A DNA stretch of 64,000 nucleotides, taken from Felis catus. Lineage: Eukaryota. This document shows positions 12,891-29,299 of the stretch, piece by piece. The notes beneath the pieces were generated by a model. It was not told the DNA's origin. It did not search any database and saw only the letters and a list, made by a program, of their open reading frames with translations. The stretch spans positions 2,730,001 to 2,794,000 of the forward strand of contig NC_058369.1 in assembly GCF_018350175.1 (NCBI RefSeq). The letters run 5' to 3'. The translations under genes were made by a program, and so were the position numbers. Numbering within the stretch: position 1 is the stretch's first letter; each line of letters begins with the position of its first letter.

Positions 12891-16656
<3,766 letters not shown>

Positions 16657-16739
16657 TCTGCCCCGGGGCTGAGCGCAGCCCCAGCCCGGAGCCCAGCCCC
16701 CTGCCGCGGCCCTCCCCGCCGGTTCCCGAAGCCCAGCCC

Positions 16740-18620
16740 TGCGCCAGAGCCCAGGCCAGCTCGGAGACCGGGCTCCTCTCTAGAACCCAATCCACTCCTG
16801 AGACCCAACCCAGCTCCAAAACCCAGCCCTCTTCTAGAACCCAAGACGGCTCCGACGCGAAGCCCAGCCCTGAAATCAAGTCAAGTTCCGGAGCCCAGCT
16901 ACGTTTCAGGACACAGCCGAGCCCCGAGATCAACCCCGGTTCCGCAAGCCAGCCCGGGTCTCTGACCAAGCCCTGCCGTAAAACTCGACCGGACTCTGGA
17001 ACTCAAGACAGCCCCGTGACCCGGCCGTACCCGGACACCCCGTCCAGTTCAGGAACTCTCGTTAGTTCTGGAGCCCGGGCCAGACTCAAGAAACAGCCCG
17101 GCCGCAGTGGCCACACCGGCCCAGGATTGGAAGAGGGCCCCCAAACCCAAGTCTGCTCACGAACCCAGACGCAAGCTGAACTTTGGTCCAGACCCAGACC
17201 CCAGCCCTGCCCTAAAACCCAAGTGCCGTCAAGCACCCGCTCCCAACCCGGGGCCCGGTCCAGTTCCGGTGATGATTCCAGCTCAGAGACGGAGCCCAGT
17301 TCTACGCCCCAACCTAGTGCTACAACCAGGCCCGTCTCCAGAAGTCACACAAGCTCTGGAACCACAGCCCTCCCTGAGCCAAGGCCTGCCTCCCGAGCCC
17401 AGCTCGACGCCGAGCCCCGCTCTCACGGCAGAACGCAGACCAGCTCTAGAATACCGTCGGACTCCGGGCCCCAGACCGACCTCAAAGCCTGGGCAGTTTC
17501 CAGAGCTCGGTCCCGCTCAGGCACTCCACCCAGCTCTGGAGCTCAGCTCAGTTCTGGAGCACAGAGTGCGTCTGAGATCCCGTCTGGCTCCCCAGGGCAG
17601 TCCGTGGCTGAGGCCCCCCTAAGTTCCAGAATCCAGCTAAACCCCGGCACCCTATCTAGCCCTGGGACCCGGACCAACGCAGCAACAGACTTAAAGTCCA
17701 CAAATCTGTCTGGCGCTGAGAGCAGACTCGGTTGCAGGACGCAGACTTGTCCCAGAGCTCCGTCGACCTCTGGGACTCGGCTCGTCTCAGAAACCCTGCC
17801 GAGTTCTAGATGCCAGCTCCAAGCCACAGCCCAAGGCAGCTCTGGTATTGAGCTGAACTCTGGGAAGCAGACGAGCTCTGGAACTCAACTCATCGCTAGA
17901 GCCCAGCCGAGCTCTGGAACCCAGCCCAGCTCCAGGATTCAGTTCAGCCCTGAGACCCAGCCCGACTCTGAAACCCAGAGCAGTTCAAGAACCCAGCCTA
18001 TTCCTGGAACCCAACCAAGCTCCAGAAGCCTGAACAGTTCTAGAACCCAGCCCAGCTCTGACACCCAGCTCACTTCAGAGACCCAGCCCCGTGCAAGAAT
18101 TCAGCCCAGCTCTGGAGCCCAGCTTGGCTCCGGAACTCAGTCTAGCTCTGAGACCTGGCTCAGCTCTGAGATTCAGCTCAGCCCCGAAACCCAGCTCTGT
18201 TCTAGAGCCAAGCCCAGTCCCAGGATTCAGTTCAACTCTGAGACACAGCCCAGCTCTCGAAGCCACACCAGTTCAAGAATACAGCCCAGCTCTGGAACTC
18301 ACTTCAGTTCCCGAACCCGGCCTGTTTCTGGACCCCAACCCAACTCCAGAACCCTGATCAGTTCTGGAACCCAGCTCAGTTCTGAGACCCAGCCTGCCTC
18401 AGAGACCCAGCCCAGTACAAGAATTCAGCCCAGCTCTGGAGCCCAGTCCAGATCCAGGATGCAGTTCAGCCCTGAGACCCCGCCCGACTCTGAAACCCAG
18501 AGCAGTGCAAGAACTCAGCCCAGCTCTGGAACTTGCCTTAGTTCTAGAACCCAGCCTGCTTCGGGAACCCGATCCAGCTCCAGGACCCAGACCAGCTCAG
18601 AGATCCAGCTCAGCTCTAAA
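16740..18620 (+). repeat. Degenerate 18-nt tandem repeat (consensus ~agctctggaacccagccc, SSGTQP)
   Basis: Repeated units such as agttctagaacccagccc and agctctgagacccagccc. Longer duplicated blocks at offsets of 522 nt (17941 vs 18463) and 324 nt (18094 vs 18418), both multiples of 18. Confidence 0.9.
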
Positions 18621-19258
18621 AGTGGGCTCCACCTACAGATCCCTGGCCTTGACCTTAGAACCCAGGCTGATCTCACTTCTCCAGCCCCCGGAGCCCTGAC
18701 TCTGGCCCCTAGCACAGTCTCTCGGCCTCAGCCCCGGCCCCATGATCTGGTACATGGAACCCAGGCCGACAGCGGCCTGAGCCAAAGCCCAGCAACTTCC
18801 TACCCGGCTCCTCGGCCACAGATCCCCTCAGCCCCCCCGAAACCAGCCCTCTTCCCCAAGCCTCGGCTAGGACCCCAGAAGTTCCCCCCCTCCACCATAT
18901 CTGTAATCCCTAGTTCTGCCCCCAGGGAGCCCCTCCTGCATTCCCAGCCCCCTGAATGCCTGGCTCAGGGACCTGTCCCCTCCCCCATGTTCAAGGAGTC
19001 ATCAGAGCCCCTCCCCCACCAAAGGGAGCTATAGTTCGAGGATGACTTCTGTTGGCCTCCGTGGTCTCCCCCATCCTGTCTCCTGCCCCTCCCAGCCTGG
19101 GTCCCCCCTGGAAGCAGCAGGTGACCTCATTCCCCCAGCAGGCTGCAGGGGCGGGGAGGGGGGAGGGTGGTAGGGAGAGTGGAAACAGGGGCTTTAGTTT
19201 CACCGGGGCCTGGCTCTGAGAGTTGTAAGCAGATCCCAGGTCTGTGGAGTGGAAAGCT

Positions 19259-19290
<32 letters not shown>

Positions 19291-19368
19291 GGGGCCTGCG
19301 GGCAGGAGGTGGAGAAATGGGGAGCAGGAGGGGAATTCTGTCCTCATGTACCTCGAGGGCTCACGGGA

Positions 19369-19374
19369 AATAAA
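19369..19374 (+). terminator. GIPC3: Candidate GIPC3 polyadenylation signal AATAAA
   Basis: First AATAAA I found downstream of the GIPC3 last exon and long ORF, before the convergent TBXA2R 3' end. Confidence 0.55.
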
Positions 19375-19555
19375 GGCACCTCCCACCCCGGCAGCTGGAT
19401 GTGTCATTTCTGGGGGGAGCTCCTGGGAAGACAGAGGAAGGGGCAGGCAGGAGGCTTTAGGGGGCTGACGTGACCACACCGGGTGCTTCTCAGGCGTCTA
19501 CTCTGTGCCAAGCTCTTTGCCAAGGGCTGTGCATGAGCTCTGGCACCTGCAGGAG

Positions 19556-19592
<37 letters not shown>

Positions 19593-20460
19593 GTGGTAAA
19601 GGCTCAGTCCTCTGACCCTCCCATGGATGTTTATTGAGCACCTGCTGTGGGCCAAGTGCCTTCTGTTCAAGGCCCTGGGGTCTGAAGTGGTGTGGGAGCA
19701 GCTACCCGAGTGAGGGAGTGAGCCCTGCTTGGGACTGGGGGGGGGGGGCGGGTAGCAATTGCTCACGTCCCAGTCCTGCCCGTCTCTGTCTGTCTCCTCT
19801 CTTTTCCCTCACCTGCGAATGGGTTTAATGCCAGAACCCCGGGGACTGTAGGGAGAATGACAGGAGACCGGACCTACAGAGTGCTTAGTCAAGACTCCAG
19901 AAAGGAGGTGAGGAGTGAGAACCCAGCCCCCTCCCCCCCACCCCGTTCCCCTGCACCCCAGCTCTGCTCAGGCGGCCGCCCGCGTGTCGGTGAAGACCGA
20001 TGTCGTCTGGACCCAGAGGGAAACAAAGACGGCCGGCGGGGCTAAGATGTATTTTGGCCAGGGAGGGGGTGTCCTGCCTATTCGTGCTCAATGTTTTCCA
20101 AACAGGGCCTTCTTGGGTGGGGGCATCAAGCTGAATCAACTGTACCCCCCAGTAAGCAGGTCGTGTCGGGTCCAAGGGCCCCCACTTCTGGAGGCTTTCT
20201 GGAAGGGGAGGCTTGCAAGTCTGGTCTCCTCAGACACCCACCCCACAGGCCTGCCCACCCTTCCTGGGGGGGCGGGGAGAAGGGACGGGAGGGGAAAGGG
20301 GGATCAGGGAGGAGTTAGGGAGTCCCCAGGGCGGATGGAGGACAGCCCGCAGGCCTGCCCTTCAACGTCTCGGTCCTTCCGACGCTCCCGGCTCCCGGGG
20401 CTTCAGAAGAGACCAGCCGTGACCCTCGGGAGCGCCCCGTCCGGCTGTCCCCCTCGGGTC

Positions 20461-21070
20461 CTACTGCACCGTGGGCCTCTGGGTGAGCTGGGGCTGCAGG
20501 GACAGCGACCTGGGCCGGGCGCCGAGGCGAGGGTGGAGACGTCGGATCACGGCCCGGCGGAACAGGATGTACACCCAGGGGTCCAGGATCTGGTTCCAGG
20601 TGGCCACGCGCAGGTAAATGAGCAGACGTTGCTCCGTGGCTCGGGACAGCTGTCCGGTCGGGCTCATGGCGGGCGGGCTGCGCAGCACCGTCTGGGCAAT
20701 GAACACCTGCCGGGGGTCAGAGCGGTTAGCCAGGGACCCCGCCGGCCGCCAGCCCTGCCCCTCACCGGCACCTTCCCTGCGGCCCCCCCCCCCCCCAGGG
20801 GCAGCTGAGGTCAAGTGCTCCTTGTGCCCCGGCTTTGCTGTGTGACCTCGGGAGAGCCGCCTGACCTCTCTGGGCTGCAGTTGATGGAGCTCTCCCTGGG
20901 GCACAATTAAAAATGGTGGGAAAGAAACAAACCTGGAGGGGGAAGCGGGCGGAGTCGCTGTTCCTGCCACAGCGTTATTGTTCGATTCGTCCGAAACGTA
21001 GACTACAACATTGGACTCTAAAGTTGCCCATGAAATACTTAATTTTTTTAGGTTTATTTATTTTGAGAGA

Positions 21071-21111
<41 letters not shown>

Positions 21112-22216
21112 AGGGAGGAGTCGAGACAGAATCCCAAGCAGGCTCCAGGCTCCGAGCCATCAGCACAGAGCCCGACATGGGGCTCGAACTCACGAACCGT
21201 GAGATCATGACCTGAGCCGACACCGAGAGTCAGACGCTTCACCGACTGAGCCACCCAGGCGCCCCTAAATACTTAATTTTTATATCATATGTTTTATTTT
21301 AAGTAATTATATCTTGCGTTGAGATTTATATTTTATGTAAATTATATTTTATATGATTTTGACACAATTTTATATTAAATAATCCTATGTTAAACTTGTA
21401 TACTGAATCATTTAAGTATATTTCATTACTGTTGACATTTGTGTTTAATATTACATATGTCATACAAGTTATTTACAAATATATAATACAACGAATAGCT
21501 AATATACTGTTAATTATAATATATAGTATTTAAAATATATATTACAAGTATAATCATATAACTAACTGTATCATTGATACAATTAGATATAAATGATAAC
21601 TCAGTAACAATGTAATAGTCATAATGTATATTTTGTAACTATAATGAACATTTATGTTAAGCATAATCATAATTCACATGATGTTAAATTCTTATATTAA
21701 AATAAACTGTTGGGGCGCCTGGGTGGCGCAGTCGGTTAAGCGTCCGACTTCAGCCAGGTCACGATCTCGCGGTCCGGGAGTTCGAGCCCCGCGTCGGGCT
21801 CTGGGCTGATGGCTCAGAGCCTGGAGCCTGTTTCCGATTCTGTGTCTCTCTCTCTCTCTGCCCCTCCCCCGTTCATGCTCTGTCTCTCTCTGTCCCAAAA
21901 ATAAAAATAAAAACGTTGAAAAAATACACTGTTATATTGAAATTATATTAACATTGGGACACCGGGCTGGTCCAGTCTAAGGAGCCTGTGACTCAGTCTC
22001 AGGGTTACGAATTCGAGCCCCACGTTGTGTGTAGAGAATCTTTAAAAATAAAATCCGGGGGGCACCTGGGTGCCTCAGTCAGTTAAGCCTCCCACTTCAG
22101 CTCAGGTCACGATCTCACGGTTCGTGAGTTCGAGCCCCGCGTCGGGCTCCGTGCTGTCAGTGAGGAGCCTGCTTGGGATTCTCTCCATCTCCCTCTCTCT
22201 CTGGCCCTCCCCTGCT

Positions 22217-22262
<46 letters not shown>

Positions 22263-25200
22263 ATAAACTTTAAAATGGCAGGTGGGAGTTTCCCCAGGTG
22301 AGTTTGCAGGGAGCGTCTGGGGGCCTGTCCTGGGGGCCGATGGGAGCCAGGGGAGGCTCCAGAGCGGGGGAGTGGTCAGGGGCCAAATCTGGCCCTCCGC
22401 GTCTTTCTGCCTTCTTTCGTTTGCTTTGTTCTTTGGTTTGGTTTTGTTGCTATGTGGAGAATGTCCTTCCACGCGGGAACAGTGGGAGAAAAAAGAGAAA
22501 GGAGCATATCTGTGGCACGTGAAAACGACACGGGATTCAAACCTCGGCGTCCACGAGTGGAGCCCAGGGGCGCAAGCCACGTGCATCTTCCCTGTCCTCG
22601 GTGGCTGCCTTCACGCTCCCTGGGCCGGGCCGAGTCGCTGTGACGGAGACCGTGCCTGGAATATTCACCGCCCGGCCCTTTCTGAGAAAGCTTACCCCGG
22701 AAGGGGACTCCGGAATTGTTTGGTGAGGCAGGGATCCTACCCGGGATGCCTTCCCCCTTCGGTCTAGCGAGTGAACTCCTATTCATGCGTCAGAGCCCCA
22801 GTTCTGACGACTCGGAGCAGGACGGAACTCCTTCTGGGTGTTCCAAGAGCCAGGAGGCTGGAGGGCAGGGTCCTCGTCGGCCGACGGCTGTGTGTATCTC
22901 GGCCAGGGGAGGGAAGCAGGGAGCCTGCGAGGAACCCGTTCCCGGGGTGGGTGCCAGCCACAGGCACCTACGGGTTCCCGCGGGAGCGTCAGTTACAGGA
23001 CGGTGCTTCTGGCTGACGGAGGTGCTCTTGTCCTGTCCTCGGCGTGTCCCTCCCAGGCCTGTTCTCATGGATCTGAGAACATTTACGTATTCAACTCATT
23101 ACTAGTGGCATCCCTCCCATGTACTGGGCAGCACCTGAGTCGGGTCCCTCCCCGCTCTGCCCTCAGCCCTCCAGGGCTTCTTCCTCCCCACCCCGCCCCG
23201 GGGTAGAAGCCCAAATTCTCCCCTCGGCCCGCCAAGGCCCTCCACGACCTGTGCCCGTCCCCTCTCCGCCCTCCCCTCCCGTCCTCCCTCCCTCCCCCTC
23301 CCCCGCTCTGCTCCAACCACACAGGCCCCCGGGCTGTTCCTCCCACACACTAGGCAGGGTCCTGCCTCAGGACCTTGGCCCATGCCGCGCCCGCTGCCTG
23401 GAATGCTTTCGCCCTCGGAGCTCCACACAGCTTACCCCTCTACCATGTCTTTGCTCAAATGTCACCTTCACCAAGAGGCCCCTGACCAGGGTCCGCCCTC
23501 CAGCCTGCAATCCCTTGGGACAGACGCCCAGAACGGGCCCTGCTCCGCTCTGAACCCTTGGAGCTGGCGCTCTGAAACACGGATAGGAGTTTAACTGCTA
23601 GACAAAAACCAGGAAGGCGTCCTAGGTAGAATCTCGCTGAATCACTGAACGACTCCCGAGTCCCCTTTGGTGACAAACTTTTTCTTAAAGGACCGTAAAC
23701 ACTCGAAACGCGGTCTCTGTCGCCACTCAGCTCTGCAGCGTGAAAGCCACGTGGAACCGCATGGGCGCGGCCGTGTTCCAGCAGGACTTTCTTTCTGGAG
23801 GCGGAAATGGGAACCCCGTGGCATTTGCACGTGTCACAAAATATTATGGGTCTTTGTACCTTTCCTCTAACCGTTCACATATGCAAGACGTTCTAGCAAA
23901 ACAACAACAACAACAAAAAACCAAGGCAAAAGCAAGAACAAATTCGCGATCTTTCCATTCGCGGGTTGTTTTGTTTTGTTTTGTTTTTGGGGTTCTATTT
24001 TTAAGTGATCGCTGCACCCGACGTGGGGCTCGAACTCACGATCCCGAGACCAGGAGTCGCACGCTCCACCGGCAGAGGGAGCGGACTAAGTTCACGGCCC
24101 GCCTGCCCCGCTGGCAAGAGCTCCCGGAAGCACAGGATCTCGGCCGTGTCCTCGGTGCCTAGAGCGGAGCCTTGTACACAGGAGTCGCTCGTGACACGCT
24201 TGTTGGAAGAACAAATGAACGAGCGAGTTCACGTCAACCTCACCATCACGCTTTTGGATCCCCGTAACCAGACAGCAAGGCTGGAGGAGGGGAGCCCGGA
24301 GCCAGAGTCACACGGCAAGTCCTCACGGGATGTGGGCTGGGAACCGCGTGTCTGACTTCAGACGCCAGACTCGTCCCGATCAAACAGAGATGGAAAGATA
24401 ACCACCCTGAATGGCCAACTTACGCCAATCACTCGCAGGGCTTGGGCCCAGGCTCCCCGACTCGGAAAACCTGGGCAGGCCTGGGTTCCAGCCCAGAACC
24501 AGGCACGGAGGAGACTCAGGAGATGTTTGATGATTCAGCGACACTACCTAGAATGGCTTCCTTGGCTTTGTTAAGAAAACTCCTATTCATCCCTCAAGAC
24601 CCCAGCTCTCACGCCCCTCCCCTGGGAAGCCTTCTCTGATGCCCCAGATGGAATCCTGGAGCCCCTCCCTGGGCATCCCCATCACGCCCCCGGTCTGGGG
24701 GTTATCTGTGCCCCGCTCGTGAGCTCCTCGAGGAAGGACGCCCGAACCCTGGGGTCCGTGCCCGCGTTTTCCCGGGCGGGTGAGAACCGGGAGACCTAAA
24801 TCCGTGTGGCTGAGCCCAAGCCCGGTCACCAGGAGCGGCAGGAGCCCCGAGCAGACGCCCTCCCGCACCCCCCCCCCCGCCCCGCCACTCACCAGCAGCG
24901 GCATCCAGCAGATAGTGGCCACCACCATGATGCCCGTGAGCTGAGCCATCATCTCGACCTCACAGTCCCGTGGGCGCTGCTGGGCGGCCTCCTGGCCGTG
25001 GTAGACGTGGCACAGAGCGGCCACGCTGATCGTGTTGAGCAGGAAGGACAGCCCCACCGAGAGGCCGCCCAGGAGCGAGAACAGCAGGCCGAAGGCCACG
25101 TCCCCGGGCTGGGCGCCGAGCGTCAGGAAGCACCAGGAGCCGGGATACTGCACCGTGTAGCGGCCCACGCCCAGCAGGGGCAGCAGGCCCAGCGCCAGCG

Positions 25201-25678
25201 CCGAGGCCCACACCAGCCCCACCGTGGCCCAGGCGCGGCGCCCGGAGGCGGCCGCGGGCCGCGAGAAGGGCCGGGTGATGCCCAGGTAGCGCTCCGAGGC
25301 CATGGCGGCCCCCAGCCACAGCGGGCAGAGGCCGAAGAAGACCATGACGACGCCCATGAACTGGCAGAGGCGGCAGCCGGGGTCCACGGCGCGCCAGTCG
25401 AAGAGGACGGCATGCTGGGCCACCACGATGGCGCCGGTGACCAGCAGCCCCGCGAAGTCGGTGAGGACCAGGCCGCAGAGGAAGGTGAGGAAGGAGGAGC
25501 GGGCGTGCGAGCCGCCCTGCCGCGCACCGGCCAGCACGCTCAGGGCCAGCAGGTTGGACGCCAGGCCCACGAGGCAGAAGGAGGCGGCGAACCAGGGGGA
25601 GGCGATGAGCCGCCGCTCCTCCGGGGTGATGTTGGTGGGCCGGAAACAGGGCCCCAGGGCGCTGCCGTTGGGCCACAT
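20461..25678 (-). CDS. TBXA2R: Thromboxane A2 receptor (TP-alpha type), 343 aa GPCR
   Basis: Coding exons 25678-24893 (786 nt, 262 codons; donor gtgagt) and 20706-20461 (246 nt). [19 protein letters not shown]-terminus with two N-glycosylation sequons, ERY motif, [11 protein letters not shown]2 and [16 protein letters not shown]7 prostanoid-receptor signature. Exon-2 acceptor at 25737. Confidence 0.97.
21040..21266 (-). mobile_element. CAN-SINE
   Basis: TSD aaatacttaattttt on both sides; (GA)n tract. Confidence 0.9.
21270..21710. repeat. AT-rich low-complexity island
   Basis: Strongly AT-biased stretch in an otherwise very GC-rich region. Confidence 0.85.
21712..22270 (+). mobile_element. 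Three tandem CAN-SINEs (21712-21920, ~21956-22035, 22058-22270)
   Basis: SINEC_Fc-like heads and tails; the first has TSD aaata[a/c]actgtt. Confidence 0.88.
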
Positions 25679-26859
25679 GGCGCCGGGTCACCAACCCATC
25701 GGGCCAGGGGCGGCGGGCGGGGACGGCTCGGGCACACCTGGGGGAGCAGGCAGAAGGAACGCCGGTGAGTCACTCTGCCCTTGAATCCGCGCGGGCCTGG
25801 CGAACTCCTACGCGGGCTTCGACGCCCCAGTCCAAATGACCCTCTTCGGTTTTCTTTGTTTTGATGTTTGTTTATTTGGAGAGAGAGAGAGGAAGAGAGA
25901 CAGCACGGGCAGGAGAGGGGAGGCTACGGACGGTGACACCACGACACGAGCCGAGATCAAGAGTCGGACACTCAACTGACCGAGCCGCCCAGGCGCCCCG
26001 AATAACCCCTCTTCGAAGAAACCTTCCCCGACTTGCCTCGCTCCCCGCTCAGTAGTATCACTAGCCGCACCGCCTCCAACTCTGTCCTGCCCCGGTGGCC
26101 GTGACCCTCAAGGGTGAGGACCACTGCCGTCTCCTCTGTGACCCCTGGAGACCAGGGTGTCAGAGAAGAACCCAGAGAGAGGCCCTGGGTTTGAACGGCA
26201 GCCCCGGGCACCCCCGGCGTGACCCCAGGCAAATGATTGCTTCCCTCCGGGCACCACCGCCCCCTGCTTGTCACCCCTCTGAGCCCCTGTCGCCCCTCTG
26301 AGCCCTTGTCAGACTGCAGAGTCCAGGATGGGTGGGGAGACTGGATGCGTCCAAGGTGAGGAGGGCAGCTGGGCGTCGGCCAGAGGTCCCGGCTCCCAGG
26401 CCGGCTCTGAGGTCAGCCTCTGGGTCACCAGTTGTCGCGCACGCGTGGCGGGGGGCCCGACACCTTCCGCGTTTTAGGACGACGCTTCCTGGCACATGTT
26501 GCAATCGTGTGGATTCTTCCCCGCCGCCCCCGTTTTCAGGGCATTGTTTTCATAATAAGAAACAAACCCAGAAATCCGGTTCCATTCTGGGAACAGAAAC
26601 ACGGCTCATGGGCAGTGACAGACTCCCCGGGGATGGGCTATAAATGGCAGCGAGAGGGACCTGGTCCTCGCGGTGGGGCCGGGCGACAAAACCAGAGACA
26701 TCTGGGCCTGACTTCTGCGAATGTGGACGAACACACCAGATGTGGGGACGTCAAGGAGAAATAAATTGAGAGATCATTCAAAAAACAGCTCCCGGTTCCC
26801 CAAAAGACAGGAAGGCTCCCTGTGTGGGCAGCCGGGGTTCCCGGGGCGGGGGTGGGGAA

Positions 26860-27012
26860 GACACAGAGAGAGGGCGACACAGAATCTGAAGCAGGCTCCA
26901 GGCTCCGAGCCGTCAGCACAGAGCCCGACGCGGGGCTCGAACCTACAAACCGTGAGATCACGACCTGAGCCGCAGTCGGGCGCTCAACGGACTGAGCCAC
27001 CCGGGCGCCCCC
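26860..27012 (-). mobile_element. CAN-SINE (tail truncated)
   Basis: Reverse SINE body and head. Confidence 0.8.
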
Positions 27013-29299
27013 AAGGGATAGCATTTCCTACAAGTGGGTCAGATTGGCCTGGGGTCCAGGCCTCGCTGCCTACCCTCTCACTGACTCTGGTCTAGTCGCG
27101 CGCCTCGTCCCTTCCTGTAAGGGGCCCGATGACGGGAACATGTGGGTCCGAGTACAGGGCTCAGGGCCTCGTGGGTGCCCTCAGGGTGGTGGCCGTGGCC
27201 ACCTTCCCACGTGTTCCCTGCTGTGCTGCTGGCCTGGTCCCTCTGCTCAGCGACCCCTTACCCAGCTCCTGACACGCGCACGGAGTTTCCCTCCTCGGCG
27301 GTGGGGTGGGGCCTCCGGTGGGAACACTGAGGCCCCGGGAGAGGTGCGGGGGCAGCACGGCGGGGGGCTTTCCTCGGTGACCCGCAACCTGCCCCTCCGC
27401 GGCAGGGCAGGGGTGCGCGCTCTGCCGTCACAGATTTGGCCTGCATTTGGATTCCCCTCGGGACGGGGCACTCTCTCCCTCCAGAGCTGGAATGCACCGT
27501 TGCGGGACATTCCCGGGGACTTGGGCTGTGCCTGCGACCGCTGACCTAACCCCAGGCTGGAGTGACCGCGAGCTAGGGGCTCCTCCGGGCCCACAGCGCC
27601 GGCCCCCGTGGGAGGCTCCGTGAACTGCCGATTCGACTGCTGATGCACCCGGAGACCGCCTCACGCCTCCCTCGTCTGGGAACAAACCTGTGACCCAGAG
27701 CTCTTGGCCCCAGGGGGAGGCTGGAACCTGGCCTGACTCCCTCTGGCCACAGCCTCTGGTTTCCAGTCCCCTCGGGGACAGGTCCTGGTGACAGCTGCCT
27801 TCCCGAGTTCCCCAGGCAACAACGCCGGCCCCGCAGGGGCACCTGGCAAAGCCTCCCTTCCCCTTCCCCTCCCCCCACCCCCACCCCCAGAGGGGCTGGG
27901 AGGGGACGGAGGGCCCTGTCCTCGCCATAGCCCGAGGTCCACAATCAGCACCATGTGGCCCTCGGGGGAACCCATCTTCCTTTCTGTGCCTCGTGGGGGG
28001 GCCTGGCGCCCAGATCCTCTAGACAGACTCAGGATTCCGTGGCCCAAGAGCAGGGAGGTTTGGCTTTGAAGGACCAGGACTCTGGGATTCCAACGCCCTC
28101 CCGCTTCCAGAACCCGCAGGGCCTCGAGTCGAGAATTCCAAGGGGCTGCGGTTCTAGAGCTTTGATGGGAACGTGGCTGGGTCCTGGGTCCAGAACTTCC
28201 GTCTCAGCTCCTGGCTCCTCCCTGGAGGACTGCCGGCCCGCCCCGGGGGCGTCGTCAGCCCACCTGGGTGAGGCCTGGGGCTCCTTCCAGCTGCCCCAGA
28301 GCCTCAGGCACCAGGCCTCCCATGCCCAGCCCCCTGCGGAATGCGATCTCCGGTTCCCAAGCGCCAGGCCCCTCCTCTGCCTGTGGGTCGGTCCCTGGCT
28401 CTCCTCCCCCACCCCCTCCTGTCCGCCAAGCCAGCCATCTCTCAACACGTCTCTCCCCCGACTCGATGGCTTGCGAGGCCTCCTGTCCCCGCGCCCAGGC
28501 TCACCCAGACTCCCGCAGGGGCGACGCTGACCTCTGACCGGCTCGCCGGAGTCCCAGGCTGGGAGGGGGGTAAACTGTGCCAAGCCTCAGTGTCCCCTCC
28601 TCTGTGAAGCGGGGAGACCCACGACACTGAGCCGCCTCCTGGCATTCCGGCTGATTTTCTGGGCCCGACCTGCTCCCACCCAGGCCCCTCCCCGCCGGGG
28701 AGCCTTCCCTGCCCTTCGGGAGCTCAGAGGTCGGCTCCCGGCCGGCCAGGCGCACGGGGGCAGCCCTGAGGTGGCCCCAGCACATTTGCTAAGTGCTCTG
28801 AGCGCCGTCCAGGTGACCAACGGTGTCACCTTTTCAGGGACCAGGCCAGCCCGGGGCCTGACGCAGGCTCGCAGGCCCATGGGTGTGGACCCCTCCACAG
28901 ACACCGCACACAAATGTCAGCCCCCAGGCCTGCCCCACCTCCCTTCACCACATCATGAGGCTTAATTTCCGGGACCTTTTCCTGTTTGTGACACCAACCC
29001 GACCCCCACCCCAGAGGGTGCAAAGTGGGGTCGCCAGCCTCCGCCCTGACTCAAGGGGCCCCCCGTGAGCCTCAGTTTCCTTATCTGTACAGTGGGTGCT
29101 CTCCAGGGCTCGCCACTCACCTGCACAAGAGGGCAGGTGTGAGGTGAGGGGACAGGCCTGGGGGCCCTTGGCCGTGGTTGAGGATGGGCACTGAGTTACA
29201 GTGATGGTCCCGACGTGGGCTGAGACCGGCCACATACGCACAGACACGGGCTCGCAGCCACGCCCAGCGCCTTGAACCCTCCCTGCGGCGCCGAAGGAC

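Noticed and set aside
16740..18620. CRISPR-like array
   Set aside because: Mammalian DNA with contiguous degenerate units and no unique spacers.
19800..20510. TP-beta-like alternative TBXA2R C-terminal exon
   Set aside because: I found no recognisable TP-beta sequence; only the 343-aa alpha-type end is supported.
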